This document shows positions 1 to 13,318 of a DNA stretch of 64,000 bases, piece by piece. Numbering within the stretch: the stretch's first letter is position 1; each line of letters begins with the position of its first letter. Location of the stretch: NCBI RefSeq assembly GCF_020745735.1, contig NC_083409.1, positions 19,054,341-19,118,340 of the forward strand, given 5' to 3'. The position numbers and the translations under genes are program-made. The DNA is from Hemiscyllium ocellatum (taxonomy: Eukaryota). The notes under the pieces are model-generated. The model saw nothing but the letters and a program-made list of their open reading frames with translations. It made no database searches and was not told the origin of the DNA.

Positions 1-990
1 CCTCCAATGCTAGTTTATCCTTTCTTAAATATGAGAGCAAACATTGTATACAGTACTCCAAGTGAGGTCTCAGCAACAGCCATTGTGGTTAACCAATCCT
101 CAGTCCATGCTAATACATGGCCCATGATGCCGTGAGCTCCTATCTTGTGCAATTAACTTTTATGTAGCACCTTATCAAATGTATTTTTAAAATCCAAATA
201 CAGAATATCATCAGATTCTCCTTTATCAGCCCTACTTCTTATCTCCTTAATGAACTCCAGCAAATTTGTCAAATATAGTTCCCTTTCACAAAATCCAGTC
301 TACCATGTTTAATGATAAGCTTTTCCAAATGTCCTGCTATTTCTTCCTTTAATAATCAACTCTGCTGTTCTGCCAAAACAGATATTAAACTAACTTTCCT
401 GATTTCTGTCTCCCTCCCTTCTTGAACAGCGCATCAATCCACTGGAAGCTCCCTGTATCCACTGATTTGGGAATAATTCAATTGATGCCTTGAATATCTC
501 TGCAGCCAGTTGCCTTCAAAAATGTTTGATACAGGCCATTAGGTCCTGTCTGCCTTTAATCCTATTAGTTTGTCATTACTTTGTCCCTTGTGACAAAGAC
601 TGTTGTAGCATTTGTCCTCCCACGAATACCTTGCTTTTTGCTATCTTTGGGATGATAACGGTATTCTCCTCCATGAAGACCAATGTAAAATATTGGTTTA
701 AATTATCTGCTGTTTTCCCTGTATACATTATCAATTCCCGAATCAGAACCTCCAAGGGTTCGATGCTCACTTTAGCTACTCACTTTTTACATACCTGGAG
801 AAACTTTTGCCATTCGTTTTTGTATCTTGTCAATTTAATTTCATGATCAATTTTTTTCCTTTTTCGTCCTCCGCTGCTGTGTCGTTCTTTTCCTTGTGGG
901 TACTGTCCTTGACTACCTTTGTTACCCACGGGTGGTTCACCTTTCTCTTAGAGTTCTCCTTTTTGCCTCAAATAAAATTTTGCTCAGCGT
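1..990 (-). mobile_element. Decayed CR1-type LINE fragments
   Basis: Reverse-strand CR1 RT-like nucleotide motifs with many stops. Confidence 0.55.
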
Positions 991-1331
991 TATGAAAAAA
1001 GCCCATCATATCCCAGTGACGGAGCATGTGAATTTTTTAACACTGGATGCTTCAATTTTAATGATGTTCTCATTGGTTTTTGCTGTTTCACAGAAGAGCT
1101 GAGATCATCTGGAAAGGAGGTGGCAGCTGATTCAGGATTAGTTCCAGAATTAATTTGAATACTTGCAAAAATAAATTACTTGCAATATTGTGAGAGCAGG
1201 GGTCTAGCCAAATAGCTATTCCAAAGAGGCGGCACACATGTGATGGGTTGAGTAGGGATCTCTGATTTCAAAAGCAAGATGTGATCCAAGTTGTCTTCTA
1301 ACCTGTGCTGTGCTAATTCTTGCTGGTTTAG

Positions 1332-1492
1332 ATGACTGAGTTGGCATGTGCGCAGGTTGCAGCAGGATCTCTGACTGCCACAAACCCACCTCATGGAACA
1401 GCTCCTGTGCCAGTGACAGTGCTGCTGGACCAACAGAGGCAGCAACATTCAGACTTCATGAACCAACTTCGAACCAGAACTGAACCTGACAG
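1332..1492 (+). CDS. CEP350: CEP350-family gene, first coding exon visible in the window (gene begins upstream)
   Basis: tttag|ATG...GACAG|gtaaga; encodes MTELACAQ...LLDQQRQQHSDFMNQLRTRTEPDR, matching CEP350 YDHQRQHLPDFVKQLRTRTETDR; phase 0 to 2. Orthology (CEP350 vs CCDC187-like paralog) is unresolved. Confidence 0.85.
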
Positions 1493-1651
1493 GTAAGATT
1501 TTTACACTGTCCCAAACCTGATCAATAATATTAAGCTTCTTGGCTTAATAACCTAAGGCTTGTTGCTTGATGCGATGCACAGTTTTTGATGTTTTTGCTA
1601 TTATCTGTGATCAGGAGAGGCAGGGTCAATGCACTCAGTCTTTTAGGAAAA

Positions 1652-1983
1652 GGGAGGTGGCTCAGTGTTTAACACTGCTGCCTCACAGCGCCAGGCACCC
1701 AGGTGACTCTAGCCTCAGATGACTGTCCGTGCACATTCTCCGTGTCTGCATGGGTTTCCTCTGAGTGCTCCGGTTTTCTCCCACAATCCAAAGAGGTGAA
1801 TTGGCCATGCTAAATTGCCAATAGTGTTTAGGTATGTGCAGGTTTGGTGCATTAGTCAGGGGTAAATGTTGAGTAATAGTGTTAAGGGATAGGTTTGGTT
1901 GGGATACTCTTCAGAGGGTTGATGTGGATTTGTTGGGCCGAAGGGCCTGTTTTCACACTGTAGGAATTCTATTCTATTCTATG
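1652..1983 (+). mobile_element. HE1-type (V-domain) tRNA-derived SINE
   Basis: tRNA-like head, V-domain tctgcatgggtttcc...gctccggttttctcccaca, (ttcta)n tail. Confidence 0.8.
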
Positions 1984-3224
1984 ATCAGAGTAATTTTGGG
2001 GGTCTAACAGAATCCTGGTATTCAGAAGGCACTCTGTTAGTTAAAATAGTATTGTGCACTCTTACCTTCTGCAGCAATTTGAGGTAGACTGCTCTGTACA
2101 GTTTCTTCAAACATTTTGTTCTTGAACCAGTCAGGGACTTGGTAATATGATTGATTAATGAGTTCAAAATTAAAGACCCTTTTGGTAAGATTCAATGCAG
2201 CATAATAGAATTTAGCTTTAGGCGAAGGAATTTGGTTCTTGAACTAGTATCTAAAGTTAAAGGCAGTTACAAGGGTATAAAGTAATAGTGAGCTAAATGG
2301 GAATGGGACGAGAGGTTAGAATGTTAAAGCAGAAGAACCTATTCAGTTATTTCATAATTCTCAACAATGTACATTTATTTATAAAAGAAATGCACGATGA
2401 AAAGGTGGCAACAGCGGGGCATAGCTAAAGGAATTGTGGGTGACATCAAATTGAAAGAAAAGATATACAAAACTGCAAAGGTGGTGGTAGGCCAGAAAAT
2501 TTGAGAATTTCAAACTATCGAAGGATGAGCAAAAAACTGCTGGAAGATACTTTGTCCCTTGTGATAGAGACTGTTATAACATCTTACCTCCCATTATATA
2601 CCTTGCTTTTTTCCCACCTTTGGGATGGTAACAGTATCTTCCAGATTAGTAAGATAATTGGGCAAATTATCCCACGAGTTACTCAGTCTAAAACAAAGTG
2701 CTCTTGTGATGCTGTGGTCATGTCTCCAACTTTGAGCCAGAGGCCTGGATAAATCCGACCGGCTCCAGAAGTGTTGATTAGGAAAGAAACATGAGACAAA
2801 CTTCAGTAATTGAATGTACAATCTTGATGGTCTCTGGAAATTCCAAACTTGACTATTTTGTATCCTCACCTGAGGCCTGATCTCAATTAACCCATCTCAT
2901 TTAAACTGAATTGCCTTTGCTTGTGTTGAATATAATTGAAGTTTGTCCTGTCTGCACGCTCCCTTGTGCAAAACCTGTTGCAACCTGTCAAAGAACAAGA
3001 TTGTAAAGTCAGATTAGCTGATAGTCTGTTCAAGGGACAGTAGGTGTTGCAGTATTGATCCCATTTTCCATTGAACTGAGACAGGAGATGGTGAGCTTGC
3101 TGAGATGTCCTTCACTGAAAAAATTGTTTGAATTAAAAAAAAACTGCTTTGGCTGTGGTGGAATTGAATCCAGAGACTTAGCTAGAAGTAGCTGATCGTT
3201 GTTTCTTTTTTTGTTTCATCGTAG

Positions 3225-3347
3225 AAAGAATGAGTGCAGCCCAACACCAGCTGGATCTGCAGAGAAACTGCCAGACACTAAAATGCGTAACTCCACTTTA
3301 TTAGACAGTCTGACTGAGTCATCCAGACTCAAACATCATGATCGGAG
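3225..3347 (+). CDS. CEP350: CEP350-family exon
   Basis: cgtag|A...CGGAG|gtggg; 123 nt, phase 2 to 2; KNECSPTP...DSLTESSRLKHHDR resembles CEP350 DSYSESSGYKNHDR. Confidence 0.8.
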
Positions 3348-3444
3348 GTGGGCTATTTATGTTCGCTGTGGATGCTTTTACATAGTACAATATTAATCCA
3401 AAACATATCTCTTGAGTACTGAAAACAACAAATATTGGAGATCA

Positions 3445-3712
3445 CAGTGGGGAGGTGATGGCCCAGTGGTATTATTGCTGGACTGTTAATCCAGAGATCC
3501 AGATAACATCCCGGAGAACCGGTTTCGAATTGTTCGAATTGAATTCAATAAATATCTGGAATTAAGAATCTAATGACTATGAATCCTTGGTCGATTGTTG
3601 GGAAAAACCCATCTGGTTCACTAAAATCATTTAGGTAGGAAACTACCATCCTTGCCTAGTTTGGCCTACTCCAGACACACAGTAATGAGGTTGACTCTGA
3701 ACTGCCCTCATC
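3445..3712 (+). mobile_element. tRNA-derived SINE, second family (another copy at ~57070-57410 on -)
   Basis: gggaggtgatggcccagtggtatt...gtttcgaat head; the 57-kb copy ends in the same tail as the L2/CR1-type LINE at 4470. Confidence 0.6.
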
Positions 3713-3715
3713 AGA

Positions 3716-3845
3716 GCTCTGATAGAGTCATCTCGACTCAATGTTAGCTTGCTCAGTCCCCATGGATGCTGCCTCATCTGCTGTGAGCTCCAGCATTTGT
3801 TGTTTTCAGTACAGATTCCATCATCTGCAGTAATTTCCTTATATA
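3716..3845 (+). mobile_element. Solo pLTR fragment with decayed hammerhead
   Basis: ctgat-agagtcatctcgactc-aatgttagc followed by the gatgctgcc...ctccagc...catctgcagt pLTR motif. Confidence 0.55.
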
Positions 3846-4469
3846 TTTCTTCTGTATTTTTTTTATGAAATGCCCACTAAATTGCAGCTCCTACTCAACA
3901 CCTTCCCAACAGAGTACTGTGGTCCTGGTGCCAAAAACCTCCATTGACTTGTTCAATTACACCATACGTTGGGGAAATTGCAAAATGCCACTGTGGCTGA
4001 AAGGAATGGAATCAGAGTCATACGACATGGAAATGGACCCTTCGGTCCAACTCGTCCATGCCAACCAAATTTCCCAGATTAAACTAGTCCAATTAGCCTG
4101 CATTTGACCCATATTCCTCAACCTTTCCTATTCGTGTCCCTCTCCAAATGCCTTTTGAATATTGTAACTGTACTTGCATCTACCACTTCTGCTGGTAGTT
4201 CATTCTATGTACGACTCAACCTCTTTGTGAAAAAGTTGGCAACTGATGGTTTCACTGTTGCCTGCGGTGAGTGAATCGCTGGGGATTATTGTTCATTCAG
4301 GACCACCCCTTGCTGAGCATGGCTCAGGGCCTCAAGAGATTCCTAAATGTGGCTTCGGCCTCCTTGTGGGTTACCACATGCTACTCAAGGCCTTGTGTTT
4401 GAGAAGCGCAGGGATATATGGATGGGGGTGCTGTGGAAGGAAGGAGGCAGCGTTAATTAATGAATTAAT

Positions 4470-5130
4470 TTATGGAATGTGGATGTCACTGGCTGTGCGA
4501 ACATTTATTGTCTAATTCTAATGCGCTTTAGAAGGTGGCTGTGAGCTCCCTTTTTGAATCACTGCAGTCCATGTAGGCCGACTGGTCGTGCTGTTGGGAG
4601 GGAGTTCCAGAATTTTGGCCCAATGACACTTAAGGACAGCTGAAAGATTTTCAACTCAAGATGGTAGTAGCTTGGAAGGGAACCTGTAGGTGGCGGTGTT
4701 CCCATGAATCTGCTTCCCTTGACTTCGAGATGGTACTAGTCATGGGTTTGTACGATCCATATTGAAGTGTTATGAATTTCTGCAGTGTATCTTGTCGATA
4801 GTACACACTGCTGCCCTGGGCATTAGTGGTGGAGGGAGTGAATGCAGTCTGCTTTTTCCAGCTGACGTCAAGCTTCTTGAGTGTTCTTGGAGCTGCACCC
4901 AAACCAAGCCAAGTGGCGAATAGTCTATTGCACTTCTGACTTGAGGATTGTAGATGGTGGACAGGCTTCAGGGATTCGGGAGGTGGTTTATTTTTGCAGG
5001 ATTCATTGCCTCTGACCTTCTCTTGTAGCCACAGTAGTCAGATGGCAAGTCCAGTTCAATTTCTAGTCAATAGTAACCCCCCCAGAATGTTGATGGTGAG
5101 GAATTTGGTTATAAAAATGAGTCACTAGCA
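4470..5130 (-). mobile_element. 3' end of an L2/CR1-group LINE (same family at ~8960-9760 and ~25800-26490 plus 27490-27700)
   Basis: The same recurring sequence (catttattg...gaaggtgg...cttggagggaac...tcctgacttgtg) appears at three intronic sites. Confidence 0.65.
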
Positions 5131-5785
5131 GTAAATGATACCGGTTCATCAGGTTACAAAGAAAAGTTGAGCATGGATTTATTTCTGGGGCTACAGAATG
5201 GAGATGTGTTAGATATGTGTAGAACCGTGAACAGATCACCCTTGGAGCACTGCAAACAGTTCTGATCCATTGTAATATGGATGTAGAGGCAGTAGGGAAT
5301 ATATTAAAAATATTTTCTGGAATTATATCAAAACTGAATTTGAATCCATCAAGCAAGATTGGACAGTCTTGTCTTGTTGAAAAAGAGTATCATGGTCGAC
5401 GCCATTAAGTTATGTCGGGGCTTGATAGGGTTGACATAGAAAAGATACTTCTGCTTGGGAATGACACTATCCACTGGAGCTGTGGATACAATTGTAGTCA
5501 CTATTACATCCAACAGGGAATTTGCTGGGGAGGAGGTGGGGGTGGTGGGGAAGGTCTTTACCCAGAAAGAGGTTTGAGGTCAAAATTACACCACCAGGAA
5601 TAATTGAAGCAAACAACAGATGAATTCAAGAAGAAGCTTGGAATACAAGTGATCGAAAAAAAATATGTTGATGGGTTTAGGTGGAGAGATACAGAAGGAG
5701 GCCTATGTAAATCTCAAATACCGAGACTCTGTTTTTGCGTTCTAAATCTGTGCATGTGTGTTGATCTGTGACATTTCTATGGCAG

Positions 5786-5937
5786 CAGTGGCAGCAGTAA
5801 ACAAGACAGCCCATCCGTACCATTCTTGGAGAAAAGCAGAACCTCCCACCATACAAAGGGAAACAGCTTTATTGAAGAGGTGGTTCAAACAGCAGCTGAC
5901 AACTCGATCCACAGTGACAGTCTGCCTTCATTACCTG
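5786..5937 (+). CDS. CEP350: CEP350-family exon
   Basis: ggcag|C...CCTG|gtgaga; SSGSSKQDSPSVP...EEVVQTAADNSIHSDSLPSLP matches CEP350 SSGSSRQESPSVP...DEQVQTAADDSLRSDSVPSLP; not in the ORF track. Confidence 0.85.
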
Positions 5938-6405
5938 GTGAGAAAGGCGAATTCTTTAACCAGAAATGCTGTTTTGTCCTTTCACTGATCTCATGACTTA
6001 AATGGGGATTTGTGTCTCTTCAATTAGATGATTCAAATCAACTGTCATGTAAGCACTCCTTCCATACCCAAAGGATATGTGGGTCAAATAGTAACATGTT
6101 GTGCACTAATTTATTTCAAGATTCCTTTATTCATTCATGTGCTCAAGCTATTCAATCCAACTTCCTTGTGTTCCCCTTGGATCTGTGGTTGTGCAGATGG
6201 AAACTTCCACATGTCCCCTTAAACAATGTGTGATTCAACATAACAGTTGTGTTGAATCAATAATTGTAACCCAACTCTGCTCCTTGGGCAGAAAACTAAT
6301 CCAAGGATTCTAGCTCAGCCTTTAACTTCATGTTCAAGTTCTAAATCTTTCAGTGAACAATGGAAAATAACAAAGAACAATATAAATCATTTATTGTCTC
6401 TCCAG

Positions 6406-6590
6406 ACTCTGCTTCTGTTGCCACTGAGTTCGATGAGTCAATGACTGAGGATGAAATTGAAGAGCAATCCTTTTATCCCCTTCTGCCATCAAAGAGCCAT
6501 TGCTGCTTTAACATGGGGAAGAAACACAGGCAGCAGGATGATTCCGATGAGGACATTCTGCAGGATCAATCGGCTTCAATAGCTGTCAAA
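6406..6590 (+). CDS. CEP350: CEP350-family exon
   Basis: tccag|AC...GTCAAA|gtgagt; DSASVATEFDESMTEDEIEEQSF...DDSDED; phase 1 to 0. Confidence 0.92.
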
Positions 6591-7510
6591 GTGAGTTCTC
6601 CCATGGGTTAGCCAAGGGTGAGTGATGGTGCCAGTTTGTGAGATCTCAGTGCTTGGCATAGTTGCTCCTCTCCATGTTCTAGGTATCTTGCTATGAGACT
6701 CAGATGTAGAGGATGAGGAGCAGATGGGTCAATGAGTATAAGGGAAGTGTTGGGCAGGGGCTGTTTTTTACAAATGATAATTACCACTCACTAACAATGT
6801 GCCCAGAGTTTATAAATATTGAAGAGGAATTAATCTTTTACATTGTTAATCTTTGTGATCGAGTTACCATGCAGTGAAGACAAAGATTAATATTTACTGG
6901 GATTCCTTGCTCACCTCGTCCGGTAAACACAAGCTAAATTTGACTGCTAAAAATGTCCCTGAATTTACAACTTTCTACTGTCCATTAAAGGTGGTAATAA
7001 GATGCAAAAGACAAGTGGCGCTTGCAGAGGAATTTGATTTGAACAAGAGACATTTGTGCAGATAATAAGAGATATTCTAATTGGAAGGATATGGTTAGTG
7101 ATATCTTGCATGGATCTATGTCGGTGCCCTAACAATTCGCTATTCATGATGAAAGGAAAGCCACATTCAAAACTTGGGGCCTCTCTCCAGATTAGCAGCG
7201 ATCTCGAGTGTAGGTAGATGAAAGCATAAAATAAGAAAACAATCTTGATAGATGAAGTAAATGAAAAATCTACAGATGAGTTTGTGTCAGCAAGTGAGAG
7301 GTTGGATCAAGATAGGATATTTCTTGATTATGAAAATCGAGAGACAGTGGAGTTCAAAGAAACTTGATGGGGCTGATCCAGCTGTATGTAGTTCATGAAA
7401 ATGTCACAAACAGGCTCAAAACAGTGAACAAGGATCAGTGGAATGTTGACATTTATATCCAAAGAAGTTGCAAAAGCAAAGGATTAGAAGTCATGCTTCA
7501 GCAATTCAAA

Positions 7511-7697
7511 GCTGAAAATGTGTTGCTGGAAAAGCGCAGCAGGTCAGGCAGCATCCAAGGAACAGGAAATTCGACGTTTCGGGCATAAGCCCTTCATCAG
7601 AATTTCCTGTTCCTTGGATGCTGCCTGACCTGCTGCGCTTTTCCAGCAACACATTTTCAGCTCTGATCTCCAGCATCTGCAGACCTCACTTTCTCCT
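7511..7697. mobile_element. Non-autonomous Penelope pLTR mini-element: perfect 62-bp inverted arms, hammerhead core, 13-bp TSD
   Basis: Arms 7511-7572 and 7600-7661 are exact reverse complements; 36-nt unique tail 7662-7697; cttcagcaattca at 7496-7508 and 7698-7710. Confidence 0.88.
7573..7600 (-). ncRNA. Minimal type I hammerhead ribozyme core (intact sequence)
   Basis: Minus strand CTGATGA-agggc-ttat-gccc-GAAA-CG-TC; all conserved core nucleotides present; activity untested. Confidence 0.72.
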
Positions 7698-8507
7698 CTT
7701 CAGCAATTCATAACCGAGTCAGACCAATCTGTCAGGGCTGGGCACCATGGCTTAAGAAGAGTATCACTCTTAGTGGAAGTGCAATGTAGACTTACTGAAG
7801 TGATACTTGGGCTCCGAGGCTTAATTTAAGAAGAGAGATTAAATAGATAACATGTTAGAGTCAGAACATTGAGGTGTGATATTGTGGAACACTTTTACAC
7901 ACAGAAATGGATGAAGTTTGAAACTCCCTTCCACAAACAGTGATTGATTTGAAATCAGTTACAAATTTTAAATCTGAGATTGGTAGATTTTTAACCAAAA
8001 TGCTGAAGGATTATGGGACAAAGACAGGGATTTGTCATGATGTTGAAGATTACCATGATTTGTGTGAATGGTGGAATAGGCTCAAGAAGCTAAATAGCCT
8101 CCTCCTGTTGTGATGTTGATGTAACCATGACACTCTTATTCTCTGGATGTGCAACTCCTATTCTGTTTTTGGTTATTTATCAGAACCTGGCAGCAAATTA
8201 GTAACTGGAGTCCTGACCAGAAAATTATCAGTATGAGGGACTTTGCAAGTCTTAATGTGTTTCACAGATGATGAAATGAAACAGTCAGCATTTACTCATC
8301 CTGATAAATATTGGGATAGTTTGATGGGATCACTTGTGATGCAGCATGATTGGCATATCTGATGATGCTCCAACTACTTTTAATTGTTGTTGTCGTCGTC
8401 TGCACCCAGTCCTGAGGTTTTGTGGATTACAGGACAAGTTTTGCTTGGGTCAGGGAAGCAGATCACCTCACTCTGTACTGTTTGTCCTCCTGTCTTTCAC
8501 TGTCCAG

Positions 8508-8695
8508 CATGATTTCAGCATGTCCTTCTCGGGAGGTCAAGACAGTTTCTATAAATTCACCATGGAGATGGTGCGACAATACGTGGAGGAGGAGGAGATG
8601 CGTGCACAGCACCGGGTGTCCCTCCTCAAACTGAGAGAACAAGCCATGAAGGAAAAGACCAAAGCAGAGCTGGCTTGGTTGGAACACCAGAAAAA
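8508..8695 (+). CDS. CEP350: CEP350-family exon (coiled coil)
   Basis: tccag|CAT...AAAAA|gtgagt; FSGGQDSFYKFTMEMVRQYVEEEEMRAQH...KEKTKAELAWLEHQKK, near-identical to CEP350. Confidence 0.95.
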
Positions 8696-10149
8696 GTGAG
8701 TAGCTGACCTATGCAGTGATGGTAAGCTGTATAGCCTTTCAAAAATGCAATGTAAGAATGTGCAGATCCTTCCAGTAATCCTTTCCGGAGAAGGGGGAAA
8801 GCTAGTGTCTATTCTCATTGCAGTGAGGCTGTTGTGCAGAAGCTAGGTATTCACGTCATCTTTCCCCTTATCACTGTTTGGATTGAGTAGAATGAAGCCA
8901 ATTTTGATTTTTTTTTCAAATTTTTAAGTTTGTTCTTTGAACTTGGGATGTTGCGGTAATGCTAGTATTTATTTACTCGCCCTCATTCTCGAAATGGTCA
9001 TGGTGTTGAGCTGCCTTGAGCCACTGCAGTCTGCTTAGTCAATATAAACGTATCAACTCGCAAGTGCTGTTAGGTTTGGAGTTCAAGGCTCTGGAATAGA
9101 TTGTTGCAAGGCTGTTGTCCTCACCCACGGGTCAGGATTTTAAACAAATAATTTCAATAGACTTCTTCGCTGCTGGTAAGGCCAGTATTGTTGTCCATCC
9201 TTCATTGCACTTGGGAAGGTGATAGTGAGTCATTTCCTCAAACATCTGCAGTTCACCCGCTACAGGTACAACCACAATGCTGACAGGAAAGGAGTACCTG
9301 GGATTTTGATCCTAAAGCAGTGAAGGAATGATGTATTCCTAAGTCAGGACGATGTGTGGCTTGCAGAGGAGCTTACAAGTAATGGTGTTACCATGTTATC
9401 TACTGTCTGTGTCCTTTTAGATGGTAGAGGTCACAGGCTTTGAAGATGCTATTGAAGGAATTGAGTGAGTTTCTGCAGTGCATCATATAGTGCACAAAGC
9501 TCTCACTGTAGCAGGTTGCTACATCCTATTTGGTGTTCTGCATCTTGGGCATGTACTGGGGAGACAGAAAGTAAGTTACTTAGTGAAGAATTTTCAGCTT
9601 CCGACCTGCTTTTGTTGACCTAGTATGGTATAGCTGATCCATTTTAGTTTCAGGTCGAGGGTAACTCTAATGTGATAATTGTGAGGGAAGCAGTGATGAT
9701 AATACCACTTCATATCAAAACGATTGCAAGAGATGGTCAATGATTGCTCAGTATGGTATGCATGCATCCATGCTGCCGTAATACTGTAGTCACGTATGCC
9801 ATACTAGTTGTGGGCAAAAGATTTCCTTCAAAGTCCGTCCGTGAATTATTTGGTTTTTCTGGCTGCTCAACATCTTTGTGGACACTTTTACTGACACCAA
9901 CCTTTTATTTCCAGATTTTCTTTCAAAATATCCTTTTTAATTTTGTGAGCATAAACACTGTCTTGTTGAAATAAAATTTCTTCAAATTGAGTATGACAAG
10001 AATGGAGGGGCATTACAGTTATAAAATATTAAGAAGACTTTGCTGCTAAACAAAATCTTAAACCCTGATCATTCTCTTTCTGGTTTAGTTGCTAATTCAG
10101 CAGTGGTGACACTGTGAGATCTATTTGGGCAGATTTATCCAAGTTTGTC

Positions 10150-12140
10150 TGTAAATTTGAGCATCATTATACCATTTGTAGGGAACTGTGGCTTCCTAAA
10201 GAAGTTGAATCTCTTGTCAAGAGGATGAAGAAAACTTATGTTAGGATGAGATGTAAAGCTCAGTCAGAGTGCTTGAGAGTTACGGGTTAGCCAGGAAAGA
10301 CCAAAAGAGAGAGCTAAGAAGGGACATGAGAAATCACTGGCAGATAGGATCAAGGAAAACCATCAAGTTTTCTATAAATATATAAGGAAGAAAAGAATGA
10401 TGAGAAAGATTAGGGCCAATCAAGGATAGTTGTGGGATGTTGGGCATGGAGTCCGTGGAGATGGGGAAGCACTTAAAGAATATTTTTTGTTCATTTTTAC
10501 ACTGGAAAAAGACAGTGTTGTCAAGGAGAATACTGCGATGCAGGCTATTAGACTAGATGGGATTGAGGTTGACGAGGAGGAGTTAGCAATTCGAGAAAGT
10601 GTGAAAATAGATAAGTCCCCTGGGCCAGATGGGATTAATCCGAGGATTTTCTGAGAAGCCAGGGAGGAGATTGCAAAACCTTGACCTTTGATCTATATGT
10701 CGTCGTTGTCTACAGGAGCAGTGCTAGAAGACTGGAGGATAACAAATGTTGTCCCCTTGTTTGAGAAGGGGAGTAAAAACAACCCTGTTATTATAGACGA
10801 GTGAGCCTCATTCGGTTCTGGGTAAGATGTTGGAAAAGGTTATAAGAGGTAGGATTTATAATCATCAAGAAGGGAATATGTTGATTAGGGATAGTCAACT
10901 CATTTTTGTGAAGAGTAGGTCGTGTCTCACAAACCCTATTGAGTTCTTTTGAGAAAGTGACCAAACAGATGGATGAGGGTAAAGCAGTTGATGTGGTGTA
11001 TATGGATTTCAGTAAGGCATTTGATAAATTTCCCACTGTAGGCTATTGCACAAAATACAGAGGCATGGGAGTGAGGGTGATTTAACTGTTTGGATCAGAA
11101 ATTGGCTCGCTGAAAGAAGACAGAGTGTAGTAGCTAATGAGAAATGTTCATCCTGGAGTTCAATAACGGGTGATGTAACGCAAGGATCTATTTTGGGTGC
11201 ACTGCTGTTTGTCATTTTTGACTCAGATGAGGGCATAGAATGATGGGTGAGTAAATTTGCAGATGACAAGAAGGTCAGTGGAGTTGTGTATAGTGCTGAA
11301 GGGTGTTGCAGGTTACAGAAGGATATAGATAAGCTGCAGAGCTGAGCTGAGAAGTGGCAAATGGAGTTTAATGCAGAAAAGTATGAGGTGATTCAGTTAG
11401 GAAGGAGCAACAGGAATAAGGAATACTGGGCTAATGGTAAGATTCTTGGTAGTGTAGATGAGCAGAGAGGTCTCGGTGTCCATGTATAGGTCCTTGAAAG
11501 TTGCCACCCAGCTTGATAGGGTTGTTCCGAAGGCATACGGTGTATTAGCTTTTATTGGTAGAGGGATTGAGTTTCAGAGCCACAAGGACATGTTGCAGCT
11601 GTACAAAACTCTGGTGTGGCCATACTTGGAGTACTGTGTACAGTTCTAGTCACTGCATTATAGAAAGGATGTGGAAGCTTTAGAAAGGGTTCAGAGGAGA
11701 TTTACAAGGATGTTACCTGGTATGGAGGGAAGGTCTTATGAGGAATGGCTGAGGGACTTACGGCTGTTTTCATTAGAGAGAAAAAGATTGAGAGGTGATT
11801 TAATTGTGACATATAAGATAATCAGAGGGTTAGATAGGGTGGACAGAGAGAGCCTTTTTTCCCAGATGGTGATGGCTAGCACAAGGGGACATAGCTTTAA
11901 ATTGCAGGAGGATGTACAGATGTCAGAGGTAATTTCTTTAGTCAGAGTGGTAGTGGTGTGGAACACACTGCCTGCAACAGTAGTGGACTCATCAACTTTA
12001 AGGGCATTTACATGCTCATTGGATAAACATATGGATGAAAATGGAATAGTGGAGGATAGATGGGCTTCAAATTGGTTCTACAGGTCAGTGCAACATTGAC
12101 GGCCAAAGTGCCTGTAGTGTGCTGTAATGCTCTACGTTCT
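10150..12140 (+). mobile_element. CR1-type LINE, decayed ORF2 RT
   Basis: KSPGPDGINP, GDVTQGSILG, PYLEYCVQF, LERVQRRFTRMLPG, RLRGDLI. Confidence 0.9.
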
Positions 12141-12174
12141 ATGTTCATGTGACTTTGCCATGTCCTCTAACCAG

Positions 12175-12262
12175 ATGCCTTCGAGACAATGGAGAAGATG
12201 ACAAGATGCCATCCATCCGTAGGAGGCAGCGTGGGCTTCTGCTCAGGCTGCAGCAGGAGCAG
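12175..12262 (+). CDS. CEP350: CEP350-family exon
   Basis: accag|A...GAGCAG|gtatga; CLRDNGEDDKMPSIRRRQRGLLLRLQQEQ; phase 2 to 0. Confidence 0.93.
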
Positions 12263-13318
12263 GTATGACCCACTGAATGCCAGGGAAAATGTTCATACTT
12301 CATGAATGAGCATGTTTCCCCAAGGTTCCGATTTGATTTCAAACCTTTTATTAACGGTGATCCAGGTTTTCCTTGAAATGCCAATAACAAATGCTACTGA
12401 ATGTAATGTATATGCTCGGCCTAGGGACAGATTTCCATGCCATGGTGTTTCTGAATGCAGTTTTTCTACTGGCAATGCCCACGGCAGCACCCTGGGGCTG
12501 AAACATCTGGAGTGTTCTTCGGCCAGTAATTAATCTGCATTGTCTCTCCAGGCCAGCAGGCATCTATCTTTGTTCTCCCCTTTTTTTGTTTGAAAACAAG
12601 TTGCTTTTCAAAGTTCAATTCTCAACTTCAGCTCACAGTTCCAAACCAAAAATGAGAAAAATATAGTTGCTGATTTTTGTTGGCAGAGGTGTTGCCAATC
12701 ACGCAGTGTCAGGCAGTATCACACAGACTTGGAATGTTACGTTATTTGCTGTTGGACTCACTACAGATTTGTCAGATTCTGCACTCACTCAACCCAGGCA
12801 CACTTTCCAACTTGCCCAGCAGCAAGAGCTAATACGCAATTCTCGTGAGTGGAAATCTGCCTATTCATCATCTTTCTCTTCTGCAAAGTACTTGGCAGCT
12901 GAGGACAGTTTTTCAGGTTTGAGAACTCAGGTTAACTCACCACAGGCCAGGAAGCAACCTCCTGAAATAAAATCAGAAATGCTCACTCAAAGTTAGGCAT
13001 CAGCTGTTGAAAAAGAACGTGAGTAACTCTTTCATGATAATTTTCCACCTGGAGTACTTGACTGTTTGAGTTCGTGTTGACAATACATTTTGTCGAAAAA
13101 ACCCACAAAGTTTTCATCAAGAACAAGCATTATAAGTTGTAAAAGTTGCACAGTGCCACCTGGAAACTGTGCAACTTAGAACTTAATGGGTTATGGAGTT
13201 GCGTGCCCTGACTTCATTTTTGTCTGTAGTTTGTCGTCAAAATAAATTTATTGACGACGTAAAGACGGGTTTGGTTGGTCTCTAACATGGTAATACATTG
13301 TATACAATTTCACCACAG

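Noticed and set aside
6231-6259. 10-bp perfect hairpin tgattcaaca/tgttgaatca
   Set aside because: Too short for a pre-miRNA and no other copy was seen
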